DNA from: an uncultured Verrucomicrobiota bacterium
GTDB lineage: Bacteria > Verrucomicrobiota > Kiritimatiellia > CAIVKH01
DNA: 64,000 bases
Assembly: GCA_964388845.1 (NCBI GenBank)
Contig: CAYMCD010000004.1
Span: 452-64,451, forward strand
Reading direction: 5' to 3'
The stretch's first letter is position 1, and the number at the start of each line of letters is the position of its first letter. The notes below the pieces were generated by a model. It ran no database searches. It was given only the letters and a program-made list of their open reading frames with translations, and was not told where the DNA came from. The position numbers and the translations under genes are program-made. Shown piece after piece: positions 48,181 to 62,707 of this stretch.

Positions 48181-49146
48181 ATGGACACGCGCATTTGGAG
48201 CGAGCGCTGGCGGCTGGCCGCCCTGACGCGGGACGATCTGATCCGGATCGGCCTGGTGTCGGCCATGCTGGCCCTGATTTTCATTCTGTTCCATTTCCAG
48301 GGAAATACGACCGACGTGCGGGCGTTCGGGCGCTCGGCCCTTGCGTGGATGATCGAGCGGTGGGATGACGACGACGGCACGGGCGACTACTCCCACGGCT
48401 GGCTGATTCCGATTGTCAGCGGATTCATCGTCTGGATCAAGCGCAGGGAATTGGCGGCCGCGCCGAAATCGGTCAGCGGCGCGGGGCTCGCCCTGTTGGT
48501 GACGGCCCTGTTCCTCCACTGGTTGGGCGCCAAGGCCCAGCAGACGAGGTTGTCCCTCTTCGGCCTGGTGCTGCTGATCTGGGCGGTTCCGTTCTATCTG
48601 CACGGCTGGCGGACGGCCAAAATGCTCATCTTCCCGTGCACCTATCTCATCTTCTGCATCCCGTTGAACTTCCTGGATTCCCTGACGTTCCCGCTGCGCA
48701 TTTTTGCCACGATCATCTCCACGTCCATGTTGAACGGCCTGGGCATCGCGGCGGAACGCTCCGGGTCGGCCATCTATTCCATGGCGGCGGGCGGTTTCAG
48801 TTTTGACGTGGCCGATCCGTGCAGCGGCATCCGCTCCCTGCTGGCGCTGACGGCCCTGACCGCGGTGTACGCCTATTTCACGCAGAAGACGCTGCTGCGC
48901 AAATGGCTCCTGTTCCTGTCGGCGATTCCCCTGGCGATCGTCGGCAACATCGCCCGCATCGTGGTCGTGGCCATTGTGGCCGAGGCGTTCGGGGAGCAAC
49001 TGGCGCTCGGCCTGTTCCACGATTATTCCGGCTACGTCGTCTTTTCAGTCGCGATCGGTCTCATGCTCGGGGTCGGCGCGATGCTCAGCACCGATTTCAG
49101 GGAGGCGCGCGAACGGTGGAAGCACGCACTGTTAAACCCCACCTGA
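48181..49146 (+). CDS. Exosortase (canonical; copy 2)
   Basis: Eight TM segments; ..LGAKAQQTRLSLFGLVLLIWAVP..; catalytic-region motifs ..FDVADPCSGIRSLLALT.. and ..LAIVGNIARIVVVAIVAEAF... Confidence 0.9.
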   Translation: MDTRIWSERWRLAALTRDDLIRIGLVSAMLALIFILFHFQGNTTDVRAFGRSALAWMIERWDDDDGTGDYSHGWLIPIVSGFIVWIKRRELAAAPKSVSGAGLALLVTALFLHWLGAKAQQTRLSLFGLVLLIWAVPFYLHGWRTAKMLIFPCTYLIFCIPLNFLDSLTFPLRIFATIISTSMLNGLGIAAERSGSAIYSMAAGGFSFDVADPCSGIRSLLALTALTAVYAYFTQKTLLRKWLLFLSAIPLAIVGNIARIVVVAIVAEAFGEQLALGLFHDYSGYVVFSVAIGLMLGVGAMLSTDFREARERWKHALLNPT

Positions 49147-49868
49147 TCGTCCTGGGTCTTCTGGCGCTGACCTCCCTCGCGCTGGCCTTCACCGTGGACG
49201 TCGGGGCCAGCGATGAGGCGGGGATCAAGGTTTTCCTGCCCGACCAGGTGGGCGAGTGGAAGGGCGACGAGCTGCGCTTTTGCCAGGCGCCGGCCTGCCA
49301 GGCCTCGATCTTCTTGAGCGACGTCAAGGAGGGCGGGCTTTGTCCGAAATGCGACGGTCCGCTGGCCACAATGTCCAAGGCCGAAAAGGATTTGTTGCCG
49401 TCGGACACCGAGGTCCTGAAGAAGGAATACCGGGACGCGCGCGGCCGGCGGATGTTTGCCTCGATCGTAATGAGCGGGCGCGAACGCGCGAGCATCCACC
49501 GCCCGCAGGTCTGCCTGGTGGGGCAGGGCAACGAGATCGTGCGGTCATCCGTGATCCAGGTCCCGCTGGATGGACGGGAGGATTTAGGCGTCATGCTGCT
49601 CGACATGCTCCGCCGCTGGCGCGCCCCGGATGGCCGGCAGAACGAATACAACACGTACTATGCGTATTGGTTCGTCGGCAAGGGACGGGAAACCCCGTAC
49701 CACTCGCTCCGCATGTTCTGGATGGCCTCCGACCGCGTCCTGCACAACCGCTCCCACCGGTGGGCCTATATCTCCGTTTCCGGGGACCGCGCCGCCGACG
49801 AGGAGGACTATCGCGGCGAGGTCACCGCCTTCATCCGCGAGCTGTACCCCGAGATGGTCATGCAGTAG
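49116..49868 (+). CDS. EpsI-family exosortase-associated protein (copy 2)
   Basis: GTG start at 49116 is in frame with ORF 48819-49868 and overlaps the exosortase end by 31 nt. Signal/anchor [25 protein letters not shown]; ..SIHRPQVCL..; ..[41 protein letters not shown]... Contains a Cys-rich insert (RFCQAPACQ...CPKCDGP). Confidence 0.8.
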   Translation: MEARTVKPHLIVLGLLALTSLALAFTVDVGASDEAGIKVFLPDQVGEWKGDELRFCQAPACQASIFLSDVKEGGLCPKCDGPLATMSKAEKDLLPSDTEVLKKEYRDARGRRMFASIVMSGRERASIHRPQVCLVGQGNEIVRSSVIQVPLDGREDLGVMLLDMLRRWRAPDGRQNEYNTYYAYWFVGKGRETPYHSLRMFWMASDRVLHNRSHRWAYISVSGDRAADEEDYRGEVTAFIRELYPEMVMQ

Positions 49869-49927
49869 GCGCGCGGCGGGCGCGCCCGCTTGACTTTGGC
49901 CCGCGCAACGCATAGACCATCCGCCAT

Positions 49928-50899
49928 ATGACGCCGATCTCCCCGCCTGAAAAACCCGTCTCCGTTGTCACCGGCGGCGCCGGATTCCTGGGTTCGCACC
50001 TGACCGACCTGCTGCTCGCGCGCGGGCACCGGGTCATCTGCCTCGACAACCTCATCACGGGCAACCTCGACAACATCGCGCACCTGCGCAGCAACCCGGA
50101 CTACGAATTCATCGAGCACAACGTCACGGAGTACATCCATGTCCCCGGCGCGGTCCATTACATCTGGCATTTCGCCTCGCCCGCCAGCCCGATTGACTAC
50201 CTCGAACTCCCGATCCAGACCCTGAAGGTCGGCGCGATGGGCACGCACAAGGGCCTGGGCCTCGCCCGCTCCAAACGCGCGCGGTTCATCCTCGCCTCCA
50301 CCTCCGAGTGCTACGGCGATCCGCTCGTGCACCCGCAGCCCGAAAGCTACTGGGGCAACGTCAATCCCATCGGTCCCCGCGGCGTCTATGACGAGGCCAA
50401 GCGATTCGCCGAGGCGATGACGATGGCCTACCACCGCTACCACGGGGTGGAAACGCGGATCGTCCGGATTTTCAACACCTACGGCCCCCGGATGCGGCCC
50501 AAGGACGGGCGGGTCGTGCCGGCCTTCATCACCGAGGCCCTCAAGGGCGAACCCATCACGGTGTTCGGCGACGGCAAACAGACCCGCAGCTTCTGCTACG
50601 TCTCCGACCTGATCGAGGGTATCCACCGGCTGATGATGAGCGATTTTGCCGAGCCGGTGAACATCGGCAACCCCAGCGAGATGACCGTCCTGCAGTTCGC
50701 GCACGAGATCAAGCGCCTCTGCGGCAGCGCTTCGCCGATCGTGCATAAACCGTTGCCGGTTGACGACCCGAAGATCCGCCAGCCCAATATCGCCCGCGCG
50801 CGGGACCTCCTGAAGTGGGAGCCGCGCGTGGACCTGGCCGACGGCCTGGGTCGCGCGATCGCCTATTTCCGGGAACTGATCCAACGCGGAAAGTTGTAG
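49928..50899 (+). CDS. UDP-glucuronate decarboxylase (UDP-xylose synthase)-like SDR
   Basis: ..[33 protein letters not shown]..; ..YDEAKRFAE.. (YxxxK); ..[13 protein letters not shown]..; ..[18 protein letters not shown]... These are strong UXS-family signatures. Confidence 0.85.
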   Translation: MTPISPPEKPVSVVTGGAGFLGSHLTDLLLARGHRVICLDNLITGNLDNIAHLRSNPDYEFIEHNVTEYIHVPGAVHYIWHFASPASPIDYLELPIQTLKVGAMGTHKGLGLARSKRARFILASTSECYGDPLVHPQPESYWGNVNPIGPRGVYDEAKRFAEAMTMAYHRYHGVETRIVRIFNTYGPRMRPKDGRVVPAFITEALKGEPITVFGDGKQTRSFCYVSDLIEGIHRLMMSDFAEPVNIGNPSEMTVLQFAHEIKRLCGSASPIVHKPLPVDDPKIRQPNIARARDLLKWEPRVDLADGLGRAIAYFRELIQRGKL

Positions 50900-50961
50900 C
50901 CGCCGTCGGATGGCGGTTGCGCCCGCCCGCCGCCGGGCCTACAATCGGCAGGCAAAGGCCC

Positions 50962-51495
50962 ATGCGACTACGCTACAGCAAGCAGGACGGCACCCAGATG
51001 GAATTCCAGCTGGGCGACCAGCCCATCACCGTCGGACGCAGCGCGGATGCCGACGTCGTGCTGTTCGACGAGCGCGTCTCCCGCGTCCATTGCGGCGTGC
51101 GGCTATGGGATGGCGATTTCTACATCAAGGACCTGAAGTCCCGGAACGGCACCTGGGTCAACGGCGAGAAGATTGATGTCGCCAAGTTGAAAGCCGGCGA
51201 CGCCATCCGGGTCGGCTCCACGACGTTTCACTTCGAGCAGGACCCGGCGATGGGCGCCGACACCGCGATCCATGAGATCGAGGGCAAGATGGGCATGGGC
51301 AAGGGCTATACCACCATCCTGCGCGAAATCGTGGACGATTCCGGAGGCCGCCATGCGGCGCCCCCCGCTCCGGCCGAACCGGCGCCGGAACCGCCCCGCC
51401 TCCCTGTCGCGCCGCCCCCGTCGGACGCTCCGGGTACATCGAAGATGCCCAAGCGAAAGTCCGTGGTCATCAAGATCAAGCGCCCGCCGGCCTGA
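50962..51495 (+). CDS. FHA-domain protein with a Pro-rich C-terminal tail
   Basis: ..ITVGRSADADVVLFDERVSRVHCGVRLWDGDFYIKDLKSRNGTWVNGEKI.. is the FHA core (GR...VSR.H, S.NGT.VNG). ATG at 50962 is inside ORF 50815-51495. Confidence 0.8.
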   Translation: MRLRYSKQDGTQMEFQLGDQPITVGRSADADVVLFDERVSRVHCGVRLWDGDFYIKDLKSRNGTWVNGEKIDVAKLKAGDAIRVGSTTFHFEQDPAMGADTAIHEIEGKMGMGKGYTTILREIVDDSGGRHAAPPAPAEPAPEPPRLPVAPPPSDAPGTSKMPKRKSVVIKIKRPPA

Positions 51496-51575
51496 ACGGA
51501 ACGCGCCGATCCCCCGCGCGCCGGGGCGCGATTGCGGATTCCTGGAATGTTTTCCCCGCGGGCCGGCTTCTGTTC

Positions 51576-54056
<2,481 letters not shown>

Positions 54057-54185
54057 AGGGGGAGGGGAGTTGGGAGAAAGGAACTATACTACTGAGCAAT
54101 GATGAGTTGACCGATTCTCATGGCGGCTTGGTGTAAGGAATCGGGAAGGGGGAGCCGGTCCTCTATTCCAACTCCTGTCACCCCG

Positions 54186-56717
<2,532 letters not shown>

Positions 56718-56902
56718 TCAAAAAACGCGCCCGGAACGCAATGGTTCGATTTGGGAAAATTGCATCATTTTCGGAATCCAAGGGGCGTGGAAAAGGGGGG
56801 GGCGGATTGCCCTGTCGGGTTCATGCGAAGACCCCGGCATCGCCGGTGCAAGGCCGGTGGGGAAAAACGAATGTCGCGGGCGCAGCCTCGCGCTTCGGGC
56901 GA

Positions 56903-56931
56903 TTGCTGGGTGGAGGCAGATGCGATATAAT
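56903..56931 (+). promoter_or_regulatory. Sigma70-like promoter for the second giant gene: TTGCTG (56903-56908), 17-bp spacer, perfect TATAAT (56926-56931)
   Basis: Read from sequence (..gaTTGCTGggtggaggcagatgcgaTATAATcataccctg). It lies in the relatively AT-rich 255-bp divergent region between gyrB (minus) and 56940 (plus). GGAG at 56969-56972 precedes GTG-56976. Confidence 0.45.
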
Positions 56932-56939
56932 CATACCCT

Positions 56940-59900
56940 GTGCCTGACTATGGGGAATTCAATCCATGTGGAGTTGTGAGCGTTAGGCGGCAGTTCCGCG
57001 TCCTGGGACGCGCCCTGCTGATAGCTGTTGCCGCGACGACGCTCGCCCGGGCGCAGGCCCTGAACCAGGATTTTTCCGCCACGAATTTCCCCCCCGCGGG
57101 TTGGACGGTGTCCGGTTCCGCGCCCGACCTGTGGCGGCGAAACGCGGCCTCCGGTTTCGGAATCGGGTCCGGCTCGGCCCAGGCCTATTTCTGGGGTATC
57201 AGCTCGGGAACGGGATTATTGGCGTCGCCCGTGTTCGATGCGACCACGCCGGGCGATGCGCTGTTGTTCGACTACGCCTACGCCGCGTACTACGACGTCG
57301 TGGACCGGTTGGAAATCCTGTACTCCACCAATGCGGGCGCTTCGTATGCGACGCTCCTGGTCATGCCGGGCGGTCCGACGGGGAGTCTCACCACGGTCGA
57401 ATCGCGCACCAGCGCATTCGTGCCGACGGCCGAGGAGTGGAACAGCATCGCCGTACCGCTTCCCGAGGGCGCAAACCGCGTGCAATTCGCCGCCGTCACG
57501 GCCTACGGAAACAACCTGTATGTGGACAACCTCCGCGTGCTGGATTATTCCGGGGCCGCCGATCTCGCGGTGTCGCTGTCCGATGCGCCGGATCCCGTGG
57601 CGGTGGGCAGCAACCTGACGTATTCCCTGACGGTTTCCAACGCGGGCCCGGCGGCGGCCGATGCGGTGGTGCTGACGAATCAATGGTCCGCCCCGGCCGC
57701 GCTGATTTCCGCGACGACCAGCCGCGGCGCGTGGTCCACCAACGCCAACGCCGTGATCGTTGACGTGGGCTCGCTCGCCTCCGGCGAATCCGCCGCAATC
57801 TCCATCGTGATCCAGCCGCAAACCACCGGCCTGTTGACGAATGTGGCCGAAGCGGCCACGACCACCCTCGAACTCGTCCCCGGAAACAACCGGCGAACGG
57901 TCAGCACTCGGGTGGATACCCACGGCGGCGATTTGTTTTTCAGCCCCGCATCGTATGCCGTGGATGAAGGCCGTGGATTCGTTGTCCTCACCGTCCGGCG
58001 GACGAACGGGAGCGCCGGCGCGGTCTCCTTTGATTGCGCGTTCGCCGACGGTTCGGCCCTGACGGGGAGCGACTACAGCGCACCGGGTGGAACGATGACC
58101 CTTGCCAACGGGCAGACTTCCGTCAGTTGGGCCGTGACCATTTTGAATGATGCGCTCCTGGAGGACATCGAGTCTTTTTCTGTCCGTTTGAGCAACCCGG
58201 CGGGCGGCGCGCGCCTGGTCGCGCCCAGCAACGCAACGGTGACGATCCGCGACGACGACGGCGTCGCGGCGATGCCCCTCGCGGACGATTTCGAATCCGG
58301 CGTATTCTCGAATTACTGGTCCACCTATTCGACGGCATCGCTCGGGCCGCTGATTACGGTCTCCGACGGACCGTACAGCGGGTCCCGGCATGTCAACCTG
58401 AACGGCGATTTCCTGGTCTCTTCCCTCAACGAGTTGATCTTGACCGCAAACCTGGCCGGGCAGGAGGGTGTGCGCCTGCGCTTCTGGCACAAGCGCTTCC
58501 GCTATGAGACCGACAACACCATGAGCGACTCGTTCGTCGGCCATGCCTACGCGGATGGCGTGGCAATCAGCGTGGATGGGACCACCTGGCACAAGGTCCA
58601 CGGCCTTACGGCGGCCGAAACAGGAACCAACGAATACCGCCAGTTCGACGTGGCTCTCGATCCCATCCTGGCCGCGCGTGGGCTGGCCTTCACCGACCGC
58701 GTTCGCATCAAGTTCCAGATGTATGGCTACTATTATCCGCCCTCTTACGGTCGGTTTATTGACGACATCGCCCTCTATACGCAGAGCGGCGACCTGCGTT
58801 TCCCCGGGCCGTCCATGGAGGTCGTGGAGGGGGCGGGCGCCCTCACGGTCACCGTCGAACGCGTGCAGGGCGATTCGGGCGAGGTGAGCGTGGCGTTCGC
58901 AACGAGCAACGAGACGGCGCTGGCGGAGAGCGATTATACATCCGCAACCGGCGTGCTGGTGTTCAGCAATGGGCAGCGCCGCGCGGACCTTGTTGTGCCG
59001 ATTCTTCAGGACAGCGCGGACGAGACGTCCGAAATCTTCAGCATCAACCTGTTCAATCCGCAGGGCGGGGCGGGTCTCGCGTCACCGTCCCGCATGGAGG
59101 TGACGATTGCCGACGACGACGGGCCGGGCGAGCTCGTTTTCAGCGCGGCAAATTATGTGCAGTTGGAGTCCGGTGGTCTGGCGAGCATCACCGTGATCCG
59201 GCGCTTCGGGACCAACGGCGCGGTGACCGTCAACTATCGGACCGCCGCAGGCACGGCGGCCAGCGGGGTTGATTACGAGGAAACCGCCGGCACGCTCGTA
59301 TTCCCGGATGGCGTCGCGCAGCGGATTATTGAAATCCCGTTGCTCGACGACAACCTCGTCGAGGGCGCGGAAACCGTTCTGCTGTTCCTCGAACAGCCGG
59401 CCGGCGGCGCGACCCTCGGGCCGCAAACCAACGCCACGCTGACGCTGCTCGACGACGAGGCGCCCCGCGCGCCGTTTCCATTTTATGAAGGGTTCGAAAG
59501 CGGGATCTTGTCCAACTACTGGTCCGTTCGCTCCACCGGCGCGGGCCGGGGCCAGATCGCCGGATCCAACGCCTACGAAGCCGCGCGGTGCCTTGCCCTG
59601 GATTCGACCTCCGGCTTCGCCCTCAACGAGGCCGTGCTCACGGTGGACCTCGCCGGCCAGACCAGCGTGATCCTGCGCTGCTGGGCGCGCGATTTTGGCG
59701 ACACGCCGGATCCCCTGCCGGACACGTTCCCCGGCTCGACCAATGCCGACGGCATCGCCGTGAGCGCCGACGGCCTGACCTGGCATCGCCTCCTCGACTG
59801 GGGCGGGACCGGTGCTGCGGCGTCCTATACGGGCCGGGTCGTAGATCTGGCCGGCGAGGCGGCCGCCCGGGGGATCCCGTTGACTCCGACCTTCCAGATC

Positions 59901-62495
59901 AAATTCCAGCACTATGGTGATGCCGCGCTGACATCGGGCGGCAGGGCGTTCGATCACATCAGTCTTACCCCTGCGCCGCCCGCCACTTCCACGGTCATCC
60001 GCTTCCAGGGGTTCGAGGGGCATCCCGACGATACGTGGGATTATAGCATCGTGCCGAAATCCGGCGCACTGGCGCTCGCGACGGCCCGACGAAACAGCGG
60101 TACACGTTCCGCGCGACTGACCGGCTCATTCCAGTTGAACGCGGATCCGTATCTGGAATTCAACAACGTGTCCATCGGCGCTTACAACAATGTACAGCTT
60201 TCCGTCGCGTTCAGCGCGTCCGGGCCGGATACGGACGACGACCTGTACCTCGATATTTCCTACGACAACGGCGCCACGTGGAACGGCGCCGGGTCGGCCA
60301 AGCTGGTGGACGGCTACAGCAATGCCGAGGTGCCCTTTGGAGGCACGAATCCGGCCAATCCCGCCACGGTGACGAACAATCCCTGGCTCGTGAACATTCC
60401 CGCGGGCCGCTCGCAGGTCAAGGCACGGCTGCGTTTTGACGAGCGCTCCGGGAGCTACAACAATTCGATAGACCACTACTTCGTGGACGACATCCGGTTG
60501 AGCTACCAGCCGTTCGGCCAGCCGCCCCGCCTTGTTCCGATCGGCGACCGGACAGCGCTGGTGAGCAACACGCTGGAGTTCATCGTCTCCGCCGACGATA
60601 TTGACCATGAGGTCATCACCCTCGCCGCCGACGACCTGCCGCCCGGCGCGGTATTTGAACCGCTGGCCGGCGCAGGTCCCGTGAGCAATGTCTTCCGATT
60701 CACGCCGGACGAGAGCCAGGCCGATGCCGTCTATCCGGTTGTTTTCCACGCCACGGATGGCGACGGCCGCCATTCGGAAACGGTGGCAATCCGTGTGCTC
60801 GACAAGGTCGTCACATTTTCCACAAACCATATGTTCATCGAAGAGGCATCCGGTGGCGTTGTTGTCGGGATCCGCCTGTCGCGCTCCGCCGATGTCACCG
60901 TGCCGCTTGCAATCACCGGCCTGGCGACGCTCGGCGCCGACTATGCCCTGTCGGCCACCGCGTTGACCTTCACGGTGGACGGACCCAATGAGCAGAACAT
61001 CATGCTGACACCCGTGGACGACGGTTTGCCTGAAGGCCCTGAAAACCTGCGGATGGCCGTGGCCGAAACCCCCGATGCGCGGGCCGGTGACGACGGCTGC
61101 GAGGTGATTCTCCGCGACGACGACAGCGTCACGATTGCCGACGCGAACCTGACGAGCGGCGGCGGGGGCTACTATCGGGGCCCCGGCGAACGCATCCTGC
61201 AAGCCCTGCGGGCGGACATCGTGGCCATCCAGGAGTTCCGGGTCACCAACGCCGCCGGCCCCCGCGCGTTCGTGGATCAGCATTTCGGCACGAATTTCCA
61301 TTACTATGTCGAACCCGCCACGCTGCCGAACGGGGTCATCAGCCGCTGGCCGATCCTGGCCGCCGGCCAGTGGGACGACCCGCTGCTCTCCGACCGCGAA
61401 TTCGTCTGGGCCACCATAGATGTGCCCGGCGGCCGCCCGCTCCACGTCGTCAGTGTGCACTTCTACTATTCCGGCGGCGCCTCCGCGCGCGAGTCCGAGG
61501 CGCGCTTGCTGACCAACTACCTCGCGAACGCGGGCTTCCACCCCTCGGACCTCGTGGTCGTCTGCGGCGACTTGAACACCCAGCATCGGGAAGAGGCTGC
61601 GTTGAACGTGTTGACGGGCGTCCTGCGGGACGACCGGCGGCCCGCCGATCTGTTCGGCGATACCGATACCAACCAGAACCGCGACAAGCCGTATGACTTC
61701 GTGCTGCCGTTGCCCTATTTGAATGCGCGCCACCAGCCCGTGCATCTCGGCGGCCTGGTGTTTCCGGAGGGGCTGGTGTTCGACACCCGGCATTGGAACC
61801 CGCCGCCCGCGCCCGCCCTTTGGAATGACTCCGGCGAACAGATGATGCAACACATGGCGGTGATGAAACGCTTCGAATTGGACCGGTTTGTGACGCTCCT
61901 GGCGCGGACCAATGGCCCCGGGACCATAGCCCCGGCCCACGCCGAGGTCGGCCTCGGTTCCAACCAGGCCTTCACGCTGACCGCCGCGCCGTATCACCAC
62001 ATCCGCCGCATCCGCGCGAATGAGGAAAGTTGGGAGCCGCCCGGGACGGCTTCTGAAATCGTGTGGGTCTGGACCAACACACAAGCCAACGGTTGGCTTG
62101 AGGTGACGTTCGACGAGACGCTCGCCACCAATCGCGTGCCGCATTTCTGGCTGGCCGCTTACGGATTAACCAACGAGACCTGGGACGCCGAGGCCCTGAA
62201 GGACGCCGACGAAGACGGCATGGCGGCGTGGGAGGAATATCTGGCCGATACCAATCCGACCAATTCCCAGTCGGTCTTTGAGGTGCTGGCCCTCCAGGGC
62301 GGTGCGGGCCGCGCCATCACCTTTTTCTCCTCCACCGCGCGCGTCTACACCGTGGACTTCACGACGAACGCACAACCCGGCGGCGCGTGGCAGCCGCTCG
62401 CCGCCGAGCAACCCGGCGGGTATGGGCAGACGACGCTCGTCGATACGAACCCCGCGCCGATCCGCATCTACCGGGTCCGGGTGCGTGCCCCGTAG
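56940..62495 (+). CDS. Giant secreted multidomain protein 2 (about 1840-1850 aa): MAM-like, DUF11/CARDB-like and Calx-beta modules plus an EEP domain, paralogous to parts of giant protein 1
   Basis: ORF opens with GTG 56940. A more likely start is GTG 56976 (RBS GGAG 56969-72), giving a signal peptide VSVRRQFRVLGRALLIAVAATTLARAQA. Domains by eye: CARDB/DUF11-like (..AADLAVSLSDAPDPVAVGSNLTYSLTVSNAGPAAADAVVLTNQW..); MAM-like modules (FESGVFSNYWS...W...FIDDIALY; FQGFEGHPDDTWDY...YFVDDIRLSY); Calx-beta-like ends (..ATVTIRDDDG, ..MEVTIADDDG, ..ATLTLLDDE, ..CEVILRDDDSVTI); EEP domain (~61128-61875; DIVAIQEF, SRWPI, HVVSVHF, VVCGDLN, YDFVLPL). C-terminal ~80 aa are homologous to the C-terminus of the 16907-17776 protein. 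Confidence 0.9.
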   Translation: MPDYGEFNPCGVVSVRRQFRVLGRALLIAVAATTLARAQALNQDFSATNFPPAGWTVSGSAPDLWRRNAASGFGIGSGSAQAYFWGISSGTGLLASPVFDATTPGDALLFDYAYAAYYDVVDRLEILYSTNAGASYATLLVMPGGPTGSLTTVESRTSAFVPTAEEWNSIAVPLPEGANRVQFAAVTAYGNNLYVDNLRVLDYSGAADLAVSLSDAPDPVAVGSNLTYSLTVSNAGPAAADAVVLTNQWSAPAALISATTSRGAWSTNANAVIVDVGSLASGESAAISIVIQPQTTGLLTNVAEAATTTLELVPGNNRRTVSTRVDTHGGDLFFSPASYAVDEGRGFVVLTVRRTNGSAGAVSFDCAFADGSALTGSDYSAPGGTMTLANGQTSVSWAVTILNDALLEDIESFSVRLSNPAGGARLVAPSNATVTIRDDDGVAAMPLADDFESGVFSNYWSTYSTASLGPLITVSDGPYSGSRHVNLNGDFLVSSLNELILTANLAGQEGVRLRFWHKRFRYETDNTMSDSFVGHAYADGVAISVDGTTWHKVHGLTAAETGTNEYRQFDVALDPILAARGLAFTDRVRIKFQMYGYYYPPSYGRFIDDIALYTQSGDLRFPGPSMEVVEGAGALTVTVERVQGDSGEVSVAFATSNETALAESDYTSATGVLVFSNGQRRADLVVPILQDSADETSEIFSINLFNPQGGAGLASPSRMEVTIADDDGPGELVFSAANYVQLESGGLASITVIRRFGTNGAVTVNYRTAAGTAASGVDYEETAGTLVFPDGVAQRIIEIPLLDDNLVEGAETVLLFLEQPAGGATLGPQTNATLTLLDDEAPRAPFPFYEGFESGILSNYWSVRSTGAGRGQIAGSNAYEAARCLALDSTSGFALNEAVLTVDLAGQTSVILRCWARDFGDTPDPLPDTFPGSTNADGIAVSADGLTWHRLLDWGGTGAAASYTGRVVDLAGEAAARGIPLTPTFQIKFQHYGDAALTSGGRAFDHISLTPAPPATSTVIRFQGFEGHPDDTWDYSIVPKSGALALATARRNSGTRSARLTGSFQLNADPYLEFNNVSIGAYNNVQLSVAFSASGPDTDDDLYLDISYDNGATWNGAGSAKLVDGYSNAEVPFGGTNPANPATVTNNPWLVNIPAGRSQVKARLRFDERSGSYNNSIDHYFVDDIRLSYQPFGQPPRLVPIGDRTALVSNTLEFIVSADDIDHEVITLAADDLPPGAVFEPLAGAGPVSNVFRFTPDESQADAVYPVVFHATDGDGRHSETVAIRVLDKVVTFSTNHMFIEEASGGVVVGIRLSRSADVTVPLAITGLATLGADYALSATALTFTVDGPNEQNIMLTPVDDGLPEGPENLRMAVAETPDARAGDDGCEVILRDDDSVTIADANLTSGGGGYYRGPGERILQALRADIVAIQEFRVTNAAGPRAFVDQHFGTNFHYYVEPATLPNGVISRWPILAAGQWDDPLLSDREFVWATIDVPGGRPLHVVSVHFYYSGGASARESEARLLTNYLANAGFHPSDLVVVCGDLNTQHREEAALNVLTGVLRDDRRPADLFGDTDTNQNRDKPYDFVLPLPYLNARHQPVHLGGLVFPEGLVFDTRHWNPPPAPALWNDSGEQMMQHMAVMKRFELDRFVTLLARTNGPGTIAPAHAEVGLGSNQAFTLTAAPYHHIRRIRANEESWEPPGTASEIVWVWTNTQANGWLEVTFDETLATNRVPHFWLAAYGLTNETWDAEALKDADEDGMAAWEEYLADTNPTNSQSVFEVLALQGGAGRAITFFSSTARVYTVDFTTNAQPGGAWQPLAAEQPGGYGQTTLVDTNPAPIRIYRVRVRAP

Positions 62496-62707
62496 CGCGG
62501 CGAATCGCGAAGTGCCCCTGCTTCATTCGGCCGGCAGCCGGAGCTCCACTCGTGGCCGTGCGGCTGGGTTGTTCATCATGGCGGCCTTCTCCTGGTGTTG
62601 GGGCGCAGGGAAGAAAAGGCCGGAGGCGCGGGAAAAACGGCTTGTCATCGGTGCGGCGGCTCGGTATTGCTACGCCCCTTTCGGTCCAATGGAAAGAGGG
62701 TACACCT

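Noticed and set aside
57216-62144. Minus-strand ORFs 57216-58601 (461 aa) and 60126-62144 (672 aa) inside giant gene 2
   Set aside because: Antisense artefacts. The plus-strand frame has coherent domain architecture.
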